Source: Cetorhinus maximus (lineage: Eukaryota). From it: a DNA stretch of 64,000 bases. Numbering within the stretch: the first letter of the stretch is position 1; each line of letters opens with the position of its first letter. The position numbers were made by a program, and so were the translations under genes. The stretch is from the NCBI RefSeq assembly GCF_964194155.1, contig NC_135901.1, positions 30,876,001-30,940,000 on the forward strand, in the 5' to 3' direction. Below are positions 24,315-38,040 of this stretch, in pieces. The notes below the pieces were generated by a model, which made no database searches, had not been told where the DNA came from, and saw only the letters and a program-made list of their open reading frames with translations.

Positions 24315-25295
24315 ATGGGGAAACCGTGGAAATGTGGGGACTGTGGGAAGGGGTTCACATCCCCCTCGAAGCTGGAAATTCATCGGCGCAGTCACACTGG
24401 GGAGAGGCCGTTCACCTGCTCTGTGTGTGGGAAGGGATTCAGTCAGTTATCCAATCTTCTGACACACCAGCCAGTTCACACCAGGGAGAGGCCATTCTCC
24501 TGCTCTGAGTGTGGGAAGGGATTCATTCGGTCATCCCACCTGCAGACACACCGGCGGGTTCACACTGGGGAGAGGCCGTTCACCTGCTCAGAGTGTGGGA
24601 AGGGCTTCACTCAGCCATTCAACCTACTGACTCATCAGCGAGTTCACACAAGAGAGACGCCATTTGTCTGCTCTGAGTGTGGGAAGGGATTCAGTCAGTT
24701 ATCCAGCCTGCACACACACCAGCGAATTCACACCGGGGAGAGACCGTTCACCTGCTCTGAGTGTGGGAAAGGATTCAGTGATTCATCTGCCCTGCGGAAG
24801 CACGAGCGAGTACACACTGGGGAGAGGCCATTCAACTGCTCTGAATGTGGGAAGGCATTCACTCAGTCATCTGACCTGCAGACACACAGGCGGGTTCACA
24901 CCCGAGAGACACCATTCTCCTGCTCTCAGTGTGGAAAGCAATTCACTCGGTTATGTAGCCTGCAGACACACCGGTGGGTTCACACCGGGGAGAGACTGTT
25001 TACCTGCTCTGAGTGTGGGAAGCGCTTCACTCAGTCATCGAGCCTGCTGAGACACCAGCGAGGTCACACTGGGGAGAGGCCGTTCACCTGCTCTGAGTGT
25101 GGAAAGGGATTCACACAGTCATCCGACCTGCTGACACACCAGCGAGGCCACACTGGGGAGAGGCCATTCATCTGTTCTCTATGTGGGAAGGGATTCATTC
25201 ATTTATCCAGCCTGCTGAGACACCAGCGAGTTCACAAGCAATTACAGGGTTTGGATTCTGCTGTTATTGCTGCTGTTAATCACATCCAGGACTGA
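24315..25295 (+). CDS. C2H2 zinc-finger protein, 11 fingers, 326 aa
   Basis: Uninterrupted ORF with ACC-ATG-G start. Donor at 21208, acceptor at 23961-23962, AATAAA at about 25509. Confidence 0.9.
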   Translation: MGKPWKCGDCGKGFTSPSKLEIHRRSHTGERPFTCSVCGKGFSQLSNLLTHQPVHTRERPFSCSECGKGFIRSSHLQTHRRVHTGERPFTCSECGKGFTQPFNLLTHQRVHTRETPFVCSECGKGFSQLSSLHTHQRIHTGERPFTCSECGKGFSDSSALRKHERVHTGERPFNCSECGKAFTQSSDLQTHRRVHTRETPFSCSQCGKQFTRLCSLQTHRWVHTGERLFTCSECGKRFTQSSSLLRHQRGHTGERPFTCSECGKGFTQSSDLLTHQRGHTGERPFICSLCGKGFIHLSSLLRHQRVHKQLQGLDSAVIAAVNHIQD

Positions 25296-25529
25296 ACCAT
25301 GTTCATTCTGACACTTGGTGAAGTGGGAGGGTTGGAGGGTTTCTTTCTGCTGGACTGGCCGGTCTCACGACTTTGATTCCAGTGGCTGATGCTCTTTGAG
25401 CCTGGGAGTGCACATTTCCACTGAAATGATCCACAAAAGCTCATGAAGGACATTTATTTTATCCTGGATAGTAAATAGTGTTTTTCCGACCACTACAGGT
25501 AGATCTAAAATAAATACATTTGTCTCTGT

Positions 25530-26330
25530 TCCATTGAGTCTACAGCACAGGGCCAGGCCAGGCGGCTCAATTGGTCTATGTCAGTATTTATGCTCCACAT
25601 GAGCCTCCACCCACCCCTCTTCATCTCTCCCCATCAGCATATCCTTCTATTCCTTTCTCCCTCATGTATGTATCTAGCTTCCCCTTAAATGTATTCATGC
25701 TATTCACCTCAACCACTCACTGTGGTAGTGAGTTCCACATTCTCACCACTCGCTGGGTAAAGAGGTTTCTCATGAAATCCCTATTGGATTATTGAACCCC
25801 TTCATAATCTTAAAGACTTCCATCAGGTCACCCTTCAGTCTTCTCTTTTCTAGAGAAAAGCAGCCCCAGCCTTTCCTGAGAGTTAAATGCTCTCAATTCT
25901 GGTATTATTCTTTTGAATCTTTGTTGCCCCTTCTCCAGTGCCTCTATTTCCTTTTTCTAAATGAACATCATAAGTGTTGACAGTGCTCCCAGTGTAGTCT
26001 AACCATGATTCGAAACAAGTTGAACATAACCTCCCTGTTTTTCAATTCTATCCCTTCAGAACCGAACCCTATATCTGGGCCCCACACTTTAGGAAAGATG
26101 TGAAGTCTTAGAGGAGATTTACAATTGTGGTACCAGGAGTGAAGGGACTTGGAGCAGGTTCATTCATGGTTTTCCACAGAGAACTGGATCATTATCTGAA
26201 GAGGAGAAATTGGCAGGGTTATGGGGAAAAGGTGGGGGAGTGGCTCTGGATGAGTTGCTCTTGCAGAGAGCTGGCACAGACACAATGGGCTGAATGGCCT
26301 CCTTCAGTGTTGTAACCATTCCATGATTCT
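25530..26330. mobile_element. CR1 fragments downstream of the ZNF poly(A) site
   Basis: CR1 3' UTR and ORF remnants on both strands. The same block follows the ZNFs at 40.3, 49.6 and 59.6 kb. Confidence 0.75.
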
Positions 26331-26355
26331 AGAACACCAGCTCACTGATTCTATT

Positions 26356-26464
26356 CAACACGGCATGACGGTGGGTAGCACTCTCACCTCTGAGTCAGGT
26401 GGTGGGTGGTTCGAATCCCCACTCCAGAGACAATCCAGGGCCCACATTCCCCGTGCCATAACTG
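26356..26464 (+). mobile_element. tRNA-derived SINE head
   Basis: GGTTCGAATCC B box. Inverted paralog of about 10520-10608 including its flank. Confidence 0.7.
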
Positions 26465-26664
26465 NNNNNNNNNNNNNNNNNNNNNNNNNNNNNNNNNNNN
26501 NNNNNNNNNNNNNNNNNNNNNNNNNNNNNNNNNNNNNNNNNNNNNNNNNNNNNNNNNNNNNNNNNNNNNNNNNNNNNNNNNNNNNNNNNNNNNNNNNNNN
26601 NNNNNNNNNNNNNNNNNNNNNNNNNNNNNNNNNNNNNNNNNNNNNNNNNNNNNNNNNNNNNNNN
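26465..26664. other. Assembly gap (200 N)
   Basis: Run of n. Confidence 1.
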
Positions 26665-27060
26665 GAGAGAGAGTGTTCCACAGAAACTAAAATTGTCTGT
26701 TCTGCATTTCTGTCCTGTACTGACAGTGATGACTTTTGTAAACGTTTTTTGCAGAATATTAGAAGAGGAAGATTTGTAGACAGAAAACCAAACATCACAC
26801 CAAGATTGGGACATGAGTGTCATCGGCCTTTGAATCTAGAGGGAGACATGTTTGTTCTGCCTGCGTCAAATGATTATGAACAACAGTGTGACTGGAAAAG
26901 CACCGAGAGATTGTTCCAGTGCACTGACTCTGGTAAAAGCTTCAACCAGTTACACAGCGTGAGAAAACATTGCACCATTCACAACAGGGATCTGTGTTCT
27001 ATATGAGGGCAGGGCTTCTACTGATCACTGAACCTGGAGAGTCACAAGGACACCAACATC

Positions 27061-27903
27061 ATGGAGAAACCATGGAAATGTGGGGACTGTGGGAACGGAT
27101 TCAAATCCCCATCTGCGCTGGAGATTCATCGACGCAGTCACACTGGAGAGAGGCCATTTATCTGCTCAACATGTGGGAAAGGATTCAGTAATTCATCCAC
27201 GCTGCATGCACACCAGCGAGTTCACACTGGGGAGAGGCCGTTCACCTGCTCTGAATGTGGGAAGAGATTCACTCGGCAATCCCACCTGCAGACACACCAG
27301 CAAGTTCACACTGGGGCGAGGCCGTTCACCTGCTCTGTGTGTGGGAAGGGGTTCATTCATTCAGGCAACCTGCAGACACACCAGCGAGTTCATACTGGAG
27401 AGAAGCCATTTACCTGCTCCACGTGTGGGAAGGGATTCAGCGATTCATCCACCTTGCACAGACACGAGCCAGTTCACACTGGAGAGAGGCCGTACATCTG
27501 CTCTGAGTGTGGGAAAGGATTCGCTCGGCAATCCCACCTGCAGACACACCAGCGAGTTCACACCGGGGAGAGGCCCTTCACCTGCTCTCAGTGTGGGAAG
27601 AGATTCAGTCATTCAGGCAACCTGCTGAAACATGAGCGAGTTCACACTGGGGAGAAGCCGTTCACCTGCAGTCAGTGTGGGAAGGGATTCACTTGGTTAT
27701 GCAGTCTGCAGACACACCAGCGAGTTCACAGTGGGGAGAGGCCATTCAGCTGCTCTTTGTGTGGGAAGGAATTCAGTGAATTATCCACCCTGGGGAAGCA
27801 CCAGCGAGTTCACACCGGGGAGAGACCGTTCACCTGCACTGAGTGTGGGAAGGGATTCACTTGGTTATCTAGCTTGCTCAGACACCAGCGAATTCACAAA
27901 TGA
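27061..27903 (+). CDS. C2H2 zinc-finger protein, 10 fingers, 280 aa
   Basis: Uninterrupted ORF MEKPWKC...HQRIHK*. Acceptor at 26753-26754. The promoter is not visible because of the gap. Confidence 0.88.
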   Translation: MEKPWKCGDCGNGFKSPSALEIHRRSHTGERPFICSTCGKGFSNSSTLHAHQRVHTGERPFTCSECGKRFTRQSHLQTHQQVHTGARPFTCSVCGKGFIHSGNLQTHQRVHTGEKPFTCSTCGKGFSDSSTLHRHEPVHTGERPYICSECGKGFARQSHLQTHQRVHTGERPFTCSQCGKRFSHSGNLLKHERVHTGEKPFTCSQCGKGFTWLCSLQTHQRVHSGERPFSCSLCGKEFSELSTLGKHQRVHTGERPFTCTECGKGFTWLSSLLRHQRIHK

Positions 27904-28009
27904 TTACAGGGGTTGGGTTCTGCTGTTATTGCTGCTGTTAATCACATCCAGGACTGAACCATGTTCATTCTGACACTTGGTGAAGTGGGAGGGACAGAGG
28001 GCTTCTTCC

Positions 28010-29571
28010 TGCTGTTGTCTGACAGGTGGTTTTGAGCAAAGAAAATTGAACAGAATTTTGACAATGTGAGGGAAATCGTATTCGTGGAAGAAGTTAAAAA
28101 CCACATTTCATGAGCTATCAGGGCATATCTGCAGAACCCGTAAGGTTTTTAATATAAGAGAAGCTGCTGTTTTAGCTGATGGCTATGATTTAACCCACAG
28201 ACACCTGGCTGGCAGCAAACCACAGGTTGAAAAGGTGGGTCGTATGAGAATGAACAGAACTTGTGGTGAGGACAGTAGGAATGAAAAAGGAGATTCTCCC
28301 CAGGGTGGTAAAAAAATCTAGTGTAGAGCATATTACTGAGTCAGAAAGACCAACATGTTTTCACTGTCATAGAGTTGGACATTTAAATACAGCTTATTGG
28401 AAATTAAAAACTAAACCAGTGGCATTGGTGAAAGTGGCTGGTGTTTCTCCAGAGAAGGTTGTGAGAAATCAATACCTTCTAATGTATTTACCATGGGTGT
28501 AGAGACATGAGGGATTATAAAGGATTTCTATTTGAAGGGGAAGTCACTCCCAGAAAGAGCCTGAAAGATTGTTATCCTGTGAGATACTGGTTTAGCTCAT
28601 TGCTAAATATTTAGACTTTTCTTCAAAAAGCTCACTGAATAAAAATGTATTGGTATGGGGTATTGATGGGGAATGTGTGACTATCCCATTGTTTAGAGTG
28701 AATTTAAACTATGCTTTAGTAAAAGGCTCTGTTATTGTTGGTATTGCTTCTAAATTACTGATTACAGATATAGATTTTATATTTGGGAATTATTGAGTGG
28801 GTGATATTGTTTTTCCACTTACTGGGACTGTGAGCACAGTTCAGAAGATGTTTCTAAGAGTAAAAAGCCCTCGCCTATTGGTGACCCAGTTCAGCAACAA
28901 ACTGATACAAGTAAAGATACTGATGTATCCACCTTAGTACTGGACAGTGCAGAGTCAGGAAAAGTGCCTGAAGCATTTCAAGATAAAAGTCCACCACAGA
29001 AGGGACTAAGTCCTCAAAGTCCTGAAGGGTTAATGACCCCTAACACAGAATTACATGTGACTGCCAGTGCTGAGGCAGAACAAGATATAGGAGCAGCAGG
29101 AGTTCAGGCAAATGGACAGTTCACAAAAAGAAACATTTAAAACCCCAAAATATTCGGAATGAAGGAGTTTGTGAGCGACGTGGAAGATTCAAAAAGCTAG
29201 AATAAAGATGAAAGTCCAGAGTGAATAAGCTGTCGACATTGTAGGAAAGGAATGAAATAAAACTGGGTCTGAATGGGCACACCTTTAACAAACCTTTGGG
29301 ATGTTCCCAGGAACAGAAGTGAATGAACCTTCAAGATATCGTTAAGTATAAGGGAACTCTTGGAGGGAAGTTAAAAAGTAGAAATGGGTTCATTGCATAA
29401 ACTATAGTTTTAAATTCACAGTGCTGGTTTTTAATATTGTTTTGTTTTATATCTACAGTAAAGTTTGTTTTTGTTTAAAAACGTGGAATCTTGTGACATA
29501 ATTCTTTCAGTTAATCACTGGGTGTTCGAATTTCTCTTTAAAGGTTAACTGTCCAGACTGGGATCGTGACA
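28010..29571 (+). mobile_element. Gmr1-like (gypsy) LTR element remnant: SCAN-type gag end, knuckle, protease, LTR end
   Basis: REIVFVEEVKN, CFHCHRVGH and VIL*DTG motifs. Ends ...gggatcgtgaca. Homologous to 41768-44670(-). Confidence 0.7.
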
Positions 29572-30543
29572 ATAGGCACAAGCAATATTTCAAAACAAAT
29601 CAAAGAGGAATAAATATGATTTTCCTTCTTTTGTACAAAGCATTATTACATTGTAAGACATCCCTCTTCAAGGATCCCCAACAATTTCTTAGTTTGAGCA
29701 CTTCTTTTCGTGAAACAATCTGATAATTGATGACGAAAAATGGAACTAACTAAAGTCCCTTCTAAAGCAGGAGGGCTATTGCCCAGCAAAGAGGCTAATT
29801 TGGGATTTCTCCCATAGACCAATTGATAGGGACTATACCCTCCAACCATCTGCAGTGAATTCTTTACATGAATCGTCCATGCCAGTGCAGTTGTCAACTT
29901 GCAGTTTGGCTGATCAGCTAAGATTTTCTGCAGCATTTCATCGATCACAGCGTGATTCCTTTCACAGAGTCCATTGCTGAAAGGATTTTCAGCTGTGGTG
30001 TTCATGACCATAATGTTCATGTTTTCACACACGTCTCTAAACTCGTCATTAGCAAATTTCCCCTCCATTATCAGTCCGAAACTTAGCTGGTGCCCCAGGT
30101 CCAGTCTCTATCTATTTCTCCATGACTTGGTCTATAATCTCCCTTTTGTCCTTGCCGTGTATTATTGGAGAAAGACTAAATCGGGTTACCATGTCTATAA
30201 AGTGTAGAATTAAAATATTTCTGTCTTTGTCCATCCCTTTAGATCCATGGCAACTACCTGGTTAAAGTCACGTGCCAAGGGAAGGTTTACAATAGGATGT
30301 GACGGCGTCCTCCCATACTTTTTACACATTTCACACTTTGCACTTATCTCTTCTATCAGCCTCGTATTCTCTTCATCAACCATCCATGCATCTTTTAGCA
30401 GGATTTTTAATCTTTGATAGCAAGGATGAACAAATTGTCTATGTCACTTTAACAGTTTGCTTTTTATCTCTCTGATTCTTATCGCCTGATTCCATTAATC
30501 CTTCTGAAACATTCTGATTAGAAACATCAGGTATTATTAATAT
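29572..30543 (-). mobile_element. Ty1/copia-type internal fragment (integrase joined by deletion to the RNase H end)
   Basis: ORF 29646-30068: integrase core (FANDEF...PFSNGLCERNH...SPYQLVYGRNP) then HQLSDCFTK. Integrase-before-RNase H order is copia-type. Confidence 0.8.
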
Positions 30544-30559
30544 CGTGATTGAGTCAACT

Positions 30560-30853
30560 GGGGATCACATCAATGAGACCCCTAAATGCTCTGACTGTGG
30601 GAGTGGCTTTAAAAACACTGCAGAACTGATGTTCCACCAGCGCATTCGTACTGAGGGGAGACTGTTCATCTGCTCTCACTGTGCAAAGAGATTGAGAACA
30701 TCATCCCACCGGCTGACACACCAGCGAGTTCACATCAGGGAGAGGCCGTTCACCTGCTCCGAGTGTGGAAACGGATTCAGGTATTCATCCAACCTGCTGA
30801 GGCACAAGTGCAGTGACACCAATTGGAGACGTTTTAGATGCTCTGACTGTGGG
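30560..30853 (+). pseudogene. C2H2 ZNF fragment (about 3 degenerate fingers)
   Basis: KCSDCGSGFKNTAELMFH...CSHCAKR...CSECGNGF. No leader or start. Confidence 0.8.
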
Positions 30854-31120
30854 TGTAAATAGAATCAATTGATGTTAAGTATTTTCAGGTGGAGGGCATT
30901 TATTGGATGGAGCACACGTAAAGAGACCCTAACTGACATGGAGTGGAGTCGAGTCAGGAGGTATGCACCTGTAAATGTTTCACTCAGTGAATAAATCTAT
31001 ACCAAGTAAAGATTGGCTCCAGTTTCTTCCTTCGTCATCAGGCTGTCAGGATTATAACATGGTAATAGAGAATGCTTGTCTTTTGCTGGAGGTTGGAAAC
31101 TAAAGGAAAATAAAATTTCA
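30854..31120 (+). mobile_element. Copia 5' LTR (30854-31059) plus PBS
   Basis: Paralog of 1438-1720. ...ATAACA followed by TGGTAATAGAG. Confidence 0.8.
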
Positions 31121-31280
31121 GTCTCACAGGTGCCTTAAAAGATTTTTCCCCACAGTTTCCTGTGAACAATGTTTGTGTCTGTGAATGTGGACATCTCACT
31201 CTTGCAGTGAGTGAGTCAATGTAAAATCACCCAGCAGCAAAACCTTTTGACTTCAAAGAAGGGGTTAGTTTATTTCACAC

Positions 31281-31413
31281 NNNNNNNNNNNNNNNNNNNN
31301 NNNNNNNNNNNNNNNNNNNNNNNNNNNNNNNNNNNNNNNNNNNNNNNNNNNNNNNNNNNNNNNNNNNNNNNNNNNNNNNNNNNNNNNNNNNNNNNNNNNN
31401 NNNNNNNNNNNNN
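31281..31413. other. Assembly gap (about 133 N)
   Basis: Run of n. Confidence 1.
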
Positions 31414-31429
31414 GAAGATAAAACAATAC

Positions 31430-32197
31430 TTATAAAAAGTGAATCAGTTCAGTCTTTATTGTTTGGTGCAGGCCTGGGACTGTTGAAGTCGAGCTGTTAC
31501 ATTGTCTGATGGGAAGGGTTTGAGGTTATGGGATTGCCTCCGCCGCTGTGATGCCTTCCATTGTTGAATGGCCAGAGGTTGCTTTCAGAGGTCAGCTTAG
31601 TAGATGGAGTCAGGTTCACAGGGAGGAGAGAAGGTTCCTTGTTTCTGGTTGTCCAGGTGCGGCATTTTCAAACTGCCCAGTTACTGACAGCAGAGCCCTT
31701 GGCTGTTTCTGGATCCCTTTCTCTGTCTCTCTCGCTCGCTCTCTCTCTCTCCCTGTTGAGAAGCAGTTTCCTCTCTGCTGCTCTGAAGCTGTTTCACGAT
31801 GGATCTGTGTCCCGGCAGCTTGCTCTGCCTTTTCTATTCTTGATGGCAGGCAAGCCAAGATGGCCACTGTGTCAAAACCCCAAACCAGGTTCCCAATGAG
31901 ACGAGTGGTGATTCCATTCCAGCTCTGAATTCCCAAATGCCTTTCAAGTCTGGGCCTCCATTGTCCTTAAAGGGAAACCATCAAGTCGATGGATCTTAGT
32001 GACACTTGCGGAAATGCTCATTGAATTTCAAACGTCTATTTTTGTAGATATGTCAGAGAATGTCTTTGTCTCTTGGGAAGTGGTTCCAGCCGGAATCCAC
32101 AAGGAGAAAATCAGGTGACCCTCGGAGTCCATTCTGAAAACAGTCTTTAAACTCAGTCCAAAGTTTAAAAATGTAACCTTGAAAAGAGTTTGTTACA
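31430..32197 (-). mobile_element. Possible LTR-like segment
   Basis: Begins TGTAACA on the minus strand, with AATAAA near 31456. No coding evidence. Confidence 0.3.
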
Positions 32198-32369
32198 AAT
32201 CAGCAACATCATAACTGCACATTTTAATAGTTTAATTTTTAAAGTATTTTCCCTTCCCTTTGCCCCTGCCAATAGCATCTGCTTTAAGTTGACAGGTGCA
32301 TTGAAATATTTTTAATTATATATTTAACAATAACACACCATAACTTAAATAAATAAATATTTCGATCAA

Positions 32370-32832
32370 TCTTCTCTCTGTGAGGATTCCACTGCCTTCT
32401 TGAGCTGACTTTGGACAGACCGACTGCTTTTTCCCACTCGGCTCCCACAGCTTCTTCACAGCTCTGTCCAAACTCACTGTTCACGCTGACTGCTTTCTGC
32501 CACAAGACTAACTGCCTTTCACCGTGGGCACCACTGGAGATTTCTTCCTCTGGCCGCAGCCAAGCAAATCTTCCAGCTTCTTTTCCCCTCACCAGCTCCA
32601 AGTGAGCTTCAAATTACACAAGACCAAATCTGCAACTTCCTCTGTGAGAAACATCCAGATAAATTAAACAAAAGAACCTTCGACTCCCCACAGCCCATCC
32701 CCATGGCAACACGGCATGCTTTGGGAGGTTCCAAACAGAAACGCTAACTAAATATATCCTACCTTCAAAACACCCTCTCATTCTGTGATCCATGTGAAAA
32801 ATGAAAAATGATTTTCACTAGAACTTTCAAGG
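32370..32832 (-). mobile_element. Gmr1-like LTR fragment fused to a ZNF 3' UTR
   Basis: Homologous to 45350-45712 and 42125-42380. Confidence 0.7.
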
Positions 32833-32984
32833 AGCATCAGCCACTTGAAACAAAGTCGTGAGACCGGCCAATCCAGCAGAAAGAAACCCTCTGACCCTCC
32901 CACTTCACCAAGTGTCAGAATGAACATGGTTCAGTCCTGGATGTGATTAACGGCAGCAATAACAGCAGAATCCAACCCCTGGAA

Positions 32985-33659
<675 letters not shown>

Positions 33660-34264
33660 GGTGTAGGTGTCCTTGTGTCTCTCCTCAATCAAAGATCAGT
33701 TGAAGCCTCGTCCTCACACAGAACACGTGAATGGTCTCTTTCCGCTGTGAACGGTGTGATGTTTTTTTCAGTCTGTGTAACTGGTTAAAGCTCTTTCCAC
33801 AGTCAGTGCACTGGAAACACTCTCACTTGGGTGTGTGGGTCTTGGTGCTTTTCCAGTCACCCTGATGCTTAAAACCTTTTGAAGCAGCCACAACAGACAA
33901 ACGTTTCTTGTTCTAAATTCAAAGGCTGATCATATTCAGGGCCCAATGAATCAAGTGACTCTGTCAGATCTTGACATCTGGTTTGAGATTTCTGTCTGTA
34001 AATCCTCCCCTTATAATATCCTGCAAAAGGAGTTTACAAAAGTCACCACTGTCAGTACAAGAAAGAAATTCAGAACAGGCAATTCTAGTTTCTGTGGCAC
34101 ATTATTTCCACTGTCCTTCCCCAAAAGCTGTAAATCTCCATCCCACACACCCTCCCTCCATTCTCACTCTGCTGTACCTAATATACACCCTCCCAATTCT
34201 CCTGAAGATAACCATTCATATTGCTCGTCTGATCCACGCTCACCGCTTCCTGTCCAGGATACAG

Positions 34265-37200
34265 GAATCATAAGAAATAGGAGCAAGAGGAGGCCATTCA
34301 GCCCATCGAGCCTGCTCACCATTCAACAAGATTAAGGCTCATCTGGCTGTGTCTTTAACTCCATTTTCCTGCCTGTTCCCCATAACCCTTGACTCCCTTG
34401 TCAATCAAAACTCTGTCCAACTCAGCCTTGAATATATTCAATGACCCACTTCCACTGCTCTCTGGGGAAGAGAATTCCAAAGACGAACAGCCCTCTGAGA
34501 GAAGATATTCCTCCACATCTCCATCTTAAACAACTTATTTTTAAACTGTGTCCCTATTTCTAAACTCCCCCATGAGTGGAAACATCCTCTCAGCATCTAC
34601 CCTGTCAAGCTGCCTCAGAATCCGATATGTTTCAATAAGATCACCTCTCATTCTTCTCAACTCCAATTTGTATAGGCCCAACCTGCTCAATGTTTCCTCA
34701 TAAGACAACCCCTTCATCCCAGGAATCAGCTGAGTGAACCTTCTCTGAACTGCTTCCAATGCAAGTTTATCCCTCCTTAAAGAAGGAGCCCAGAACTGTA
34801 CACAGTACTCAAGGTGTGGTCTCACCAATACCCTGTACAGCTGCAGTAAGACTTCCCGACTTTTATACTCCATCCCCCTTGCAATAAAGGCCAACATTCC
34901 AATTGCCTTCCTCATTACTTGCTGTACCTGCATACTGACTTTTTGTGATTCATGTACAAGGACACCCAGATCCCTCTGCACTGCAGCATTCTGCAGCCTC
35001 TCTCCAGTTAAATAATATACCATTAGTCAAGAAGGGTAGTAGGGATAAACCAGGTAATTACAGGCCAGTGAGTCGAACATCAGTGGCAGGGAACGTATTG
35101 GAAAACATTCCAAGGAACAGGATTAATCTCCACTTGGAGAGGCAGGGATTAATCAGGGATTGTCAGCATGGCTTTGTCAGGGGGATATCACGTCTAACTA
35201 ATTTGATTGCATTTTTTGAGGAGGTGACTGGTTGTGTAGACGAGGGTAGTGCACTTGATGTAGTCTACATGGACTTCAGTAAGGCTTTTGACAAGATCCC
35301 GCATGGGAGAATGGTTAAGAAGGTAAGAGCTCATGGGATCCAGGGCAATTTGCAAATTGGATACACAATTGGCTTAGTGGCAGGAGTGTACATTATTGAT
35401 TTAGATGTGAATATAGGAGGTATGATCAGTAAGTTCACATAAAAGATGAAAATTGGTGGTGTCGTAAATAGTGAGGAGGAAAGCCTTAGATTACAGGATG
35501 ATATAGTTGGGCAGGTAAGATGGGTAGAGCAAATAGAATCTAATCCTGAGAAGTGTGAGTTGATGCATTTTGGGAGGACTAACATGGCAAGGGAATACAC
35601 AATGAACGGTAGGACCCTAGGAATTACAGAGGATCAGAGGGACCTTTGTCTACATGTTCATAGATCCCTGAAGGCAGCAGCACAGGTAGATCAGGTGGTT
35701 AAGAAGGCATATGGGATACTTGCCTTTATTAGTCGAGGCATAGAATATAAGAGCAGGGAGGTTATGTTGGAGCTGTGTAAAATGCTAGTTAGGCCACAGC
35801 TGGAGCACTGTGTGCAGTTCTGGTCGCCACAATATAGGAAGGATGTAATTACATTGGAAAGGGTGCAGAGGAGATTCATCAGGATGTTGCCTGGGCTGGA
35901 GCATTTCAGCTATGAAGAGAGACAGGATAGGCTAGGGTGGATTTCCTTAGAGCAGAGAAGGCTGAGGGGGACCTGAGGTATACAAAATTATGAGGGGTAT
36001 AGGGAGGGGAGATAGGAAGAAACGATTCCCATTAGTGGAGGTGGCAATAACCAGGGGGCACAGATTTAAGGCAAGGGGCAGGAGGTTTAGAGGGGGTTTG
36101 AGGAAAATTTTTTTCACCCAGAGGGTGGTTGGAATCTGGAACACACTGGCTGAGGGGGTGATAGAGACAGGAATCCTTCACATTTAAGAAGTATTTAGAT
36201 GAGCACTTGAAATGCCATAGCATACAGGGCTACGGGCCAAGTGCTGGAAAATGGGATCAGAGTAGATAGGGGCTTGATAGCCGGCATGGACACAATGGGC
36301 CGAAGGGCCTGTTTCTGTGCTGTATAACTCTATGACTCTAATATTCTACTTTTGTATTCTTCCTGCTAAAATGAACAATCTCACATTTCACACATTATAC
36401 TCCATCTTCCAATTTTACTCCCACTCACTTCACCAACCACTATCCCTTTGCAGACTCTTTCCGTCCTCCTCACAACTTGTTTTCCTACCTATCGTTGCAT
36501 CATCAGCAATTTTTACTACAATACAGTCAGTTCCTTCATCCAAGTCATTAATATGGATTGTAAATAGTTGAAGCCCCAGTACTGATCTCTGCAGGACTCC
36601 ACTGCTTACACGTTGCTAACCTCAAAGTGACCCATTTACCGTGACTCTCCGTTTCCTGTTAGTTTTCCAATCCTCTGTCCGTGCTAATATATCGCCCCAA
36701 CACCATGAACTCTTATCTTGTGCAGTAACCTTTTATGTGGCCCCTTAGAGAATGCCTTTTGAAAATCCAAATGTGTGGCATCTACACACATCCATGTGTG
36801 GTTCCCCAATGACAGATGTTAGACTGACTGGTCTATAGTTTCCTGCTTTCTGTCTCCCTCCTTTCTCGAATGGTTGTGTTACATTTGTGGTTTTCCAATC
36901 CGCTGGGACCCTTCCAGAATCTCGGGAATTTTCGAAGCTGACAAACAACGCATCCACTATCTCTGCAGACACTTCCTTTAAGACCTGAGGAAACAGGCCA
37001 TCAGGTCCCGGAGACTTGTCAGCCATTAGTCCCATTAGTTTTCCTGGGACTTTTTCTCAAGAGATCATGATTGTTTTAAGTTCCTCCTTCTTTTGTCCCC
37101 TGCTTTTCTACTATTCTTGGGATACTCTTTGTGTCTTCCACTGTGAAGACAGATACAAAATACATGTTCAAAGCCTCTGCCATTCCCATCTTTCGGACTA

Positions 37201-37420
37201 TTAATTTCCCAGTTGCATCCTCTAAGGGATCAAGGCTCACTTTCACTATTCTTTCCCTCTTATATACTTAGAGTAGATTTTACCGTCTATATTTATATTT
37301 CTTGCTCGTTGTCAGTCATACTCCAGTTCTGTCTTTTTTTTTGTTCATGATGCTTTGCTGGTGTCTAAGATTTTTCCAAACTTCTGGCCCATCACTAAAC
37401 TTCGCAGCATTGAAAATCAT
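34265..37420 (-). mobile_element. CR1 LINE (host, split by a nested CR1) in a ZNF intron
   Basis: ORFs 36745-37035 (DKSPGPDG, AGNYRPVSLTS) and 34541-35023. 3' tail at about 34265. Confidence 0.9.
35019..36338 (+). mobile_element. Nested 5'-truncated CR1 LINE
   Basis: RT motifs in ORFs 34945-35442 and 35446-35976. Tail ctctatgactc. TAATAT duplicated at 35013 and 36339. Confidence 0.93.
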
Positions 37421-37890
37421 CACCCAGGCTGCTAGTCTTAAATATATGTCTGTGCCTATAACAATGGGCTAAGTGTAATATACAGTACAGGATTATTTGA
37501 AAAGAGATATAGGTGGGATATGAGGAAGAACAGTATTTCGGCAGCGGGTGGTCATGTCCTGGAACTCGCTGCCTCTGAGGCTGGTGGAAGTGGAAACAAT
37601 CAATAATTTCAAAATAAAATTGGTTGATCACCTGAAGGAAATAAACTTGCAGGGGAACGGGGATAGAGAGCGGGATTGGGACAGTCTGGATTGCTCCACA
37701 GAGAGTCGGCATGGACTCGTGTTGCTGAGTGGACTCCGTCTGTGCCTTAATGACTCTTTGACTGGAAATATATAATGTGCCTACAGTACTATATTACAAA
37801 GCTAGAAATAATAAATTAACTTTATTACAGAACCATAAATAATATATTTAATATTGACCATATAACAACACTAGACATATCTCTGTCCTA

Positions 37891-38040
37891 AGATAAAAGC
37901 AAAATACTGCGGATGGTGGAAATCTGAAACAAAAAAAATAGCTGGGAAAACTGAGCAGGTCTGACAGCATCTGTGGAGAGGAAGACAGAGTTAACGTTTC
38001 GAGTCCGTATGACTCTTCATCAGATCATCTTCATCATCAG
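37891..38040 (-). mobile_element. 150-bp Penelope terminal insertion with an intact hammerhead core (37989-38026)
   Basis: 14-bp TSD ATATCTCTGTCCTA at 37877 and 38041. Minus strand reads CTGATGA-a-gagtc-atacg-gactc-GAAACGTTAAC. Confidence 0.85.

Noticed and set aside
26323-27006. ORFs spanning runs of X
   Set aside because: Artefacts of translating through the assembly gap.
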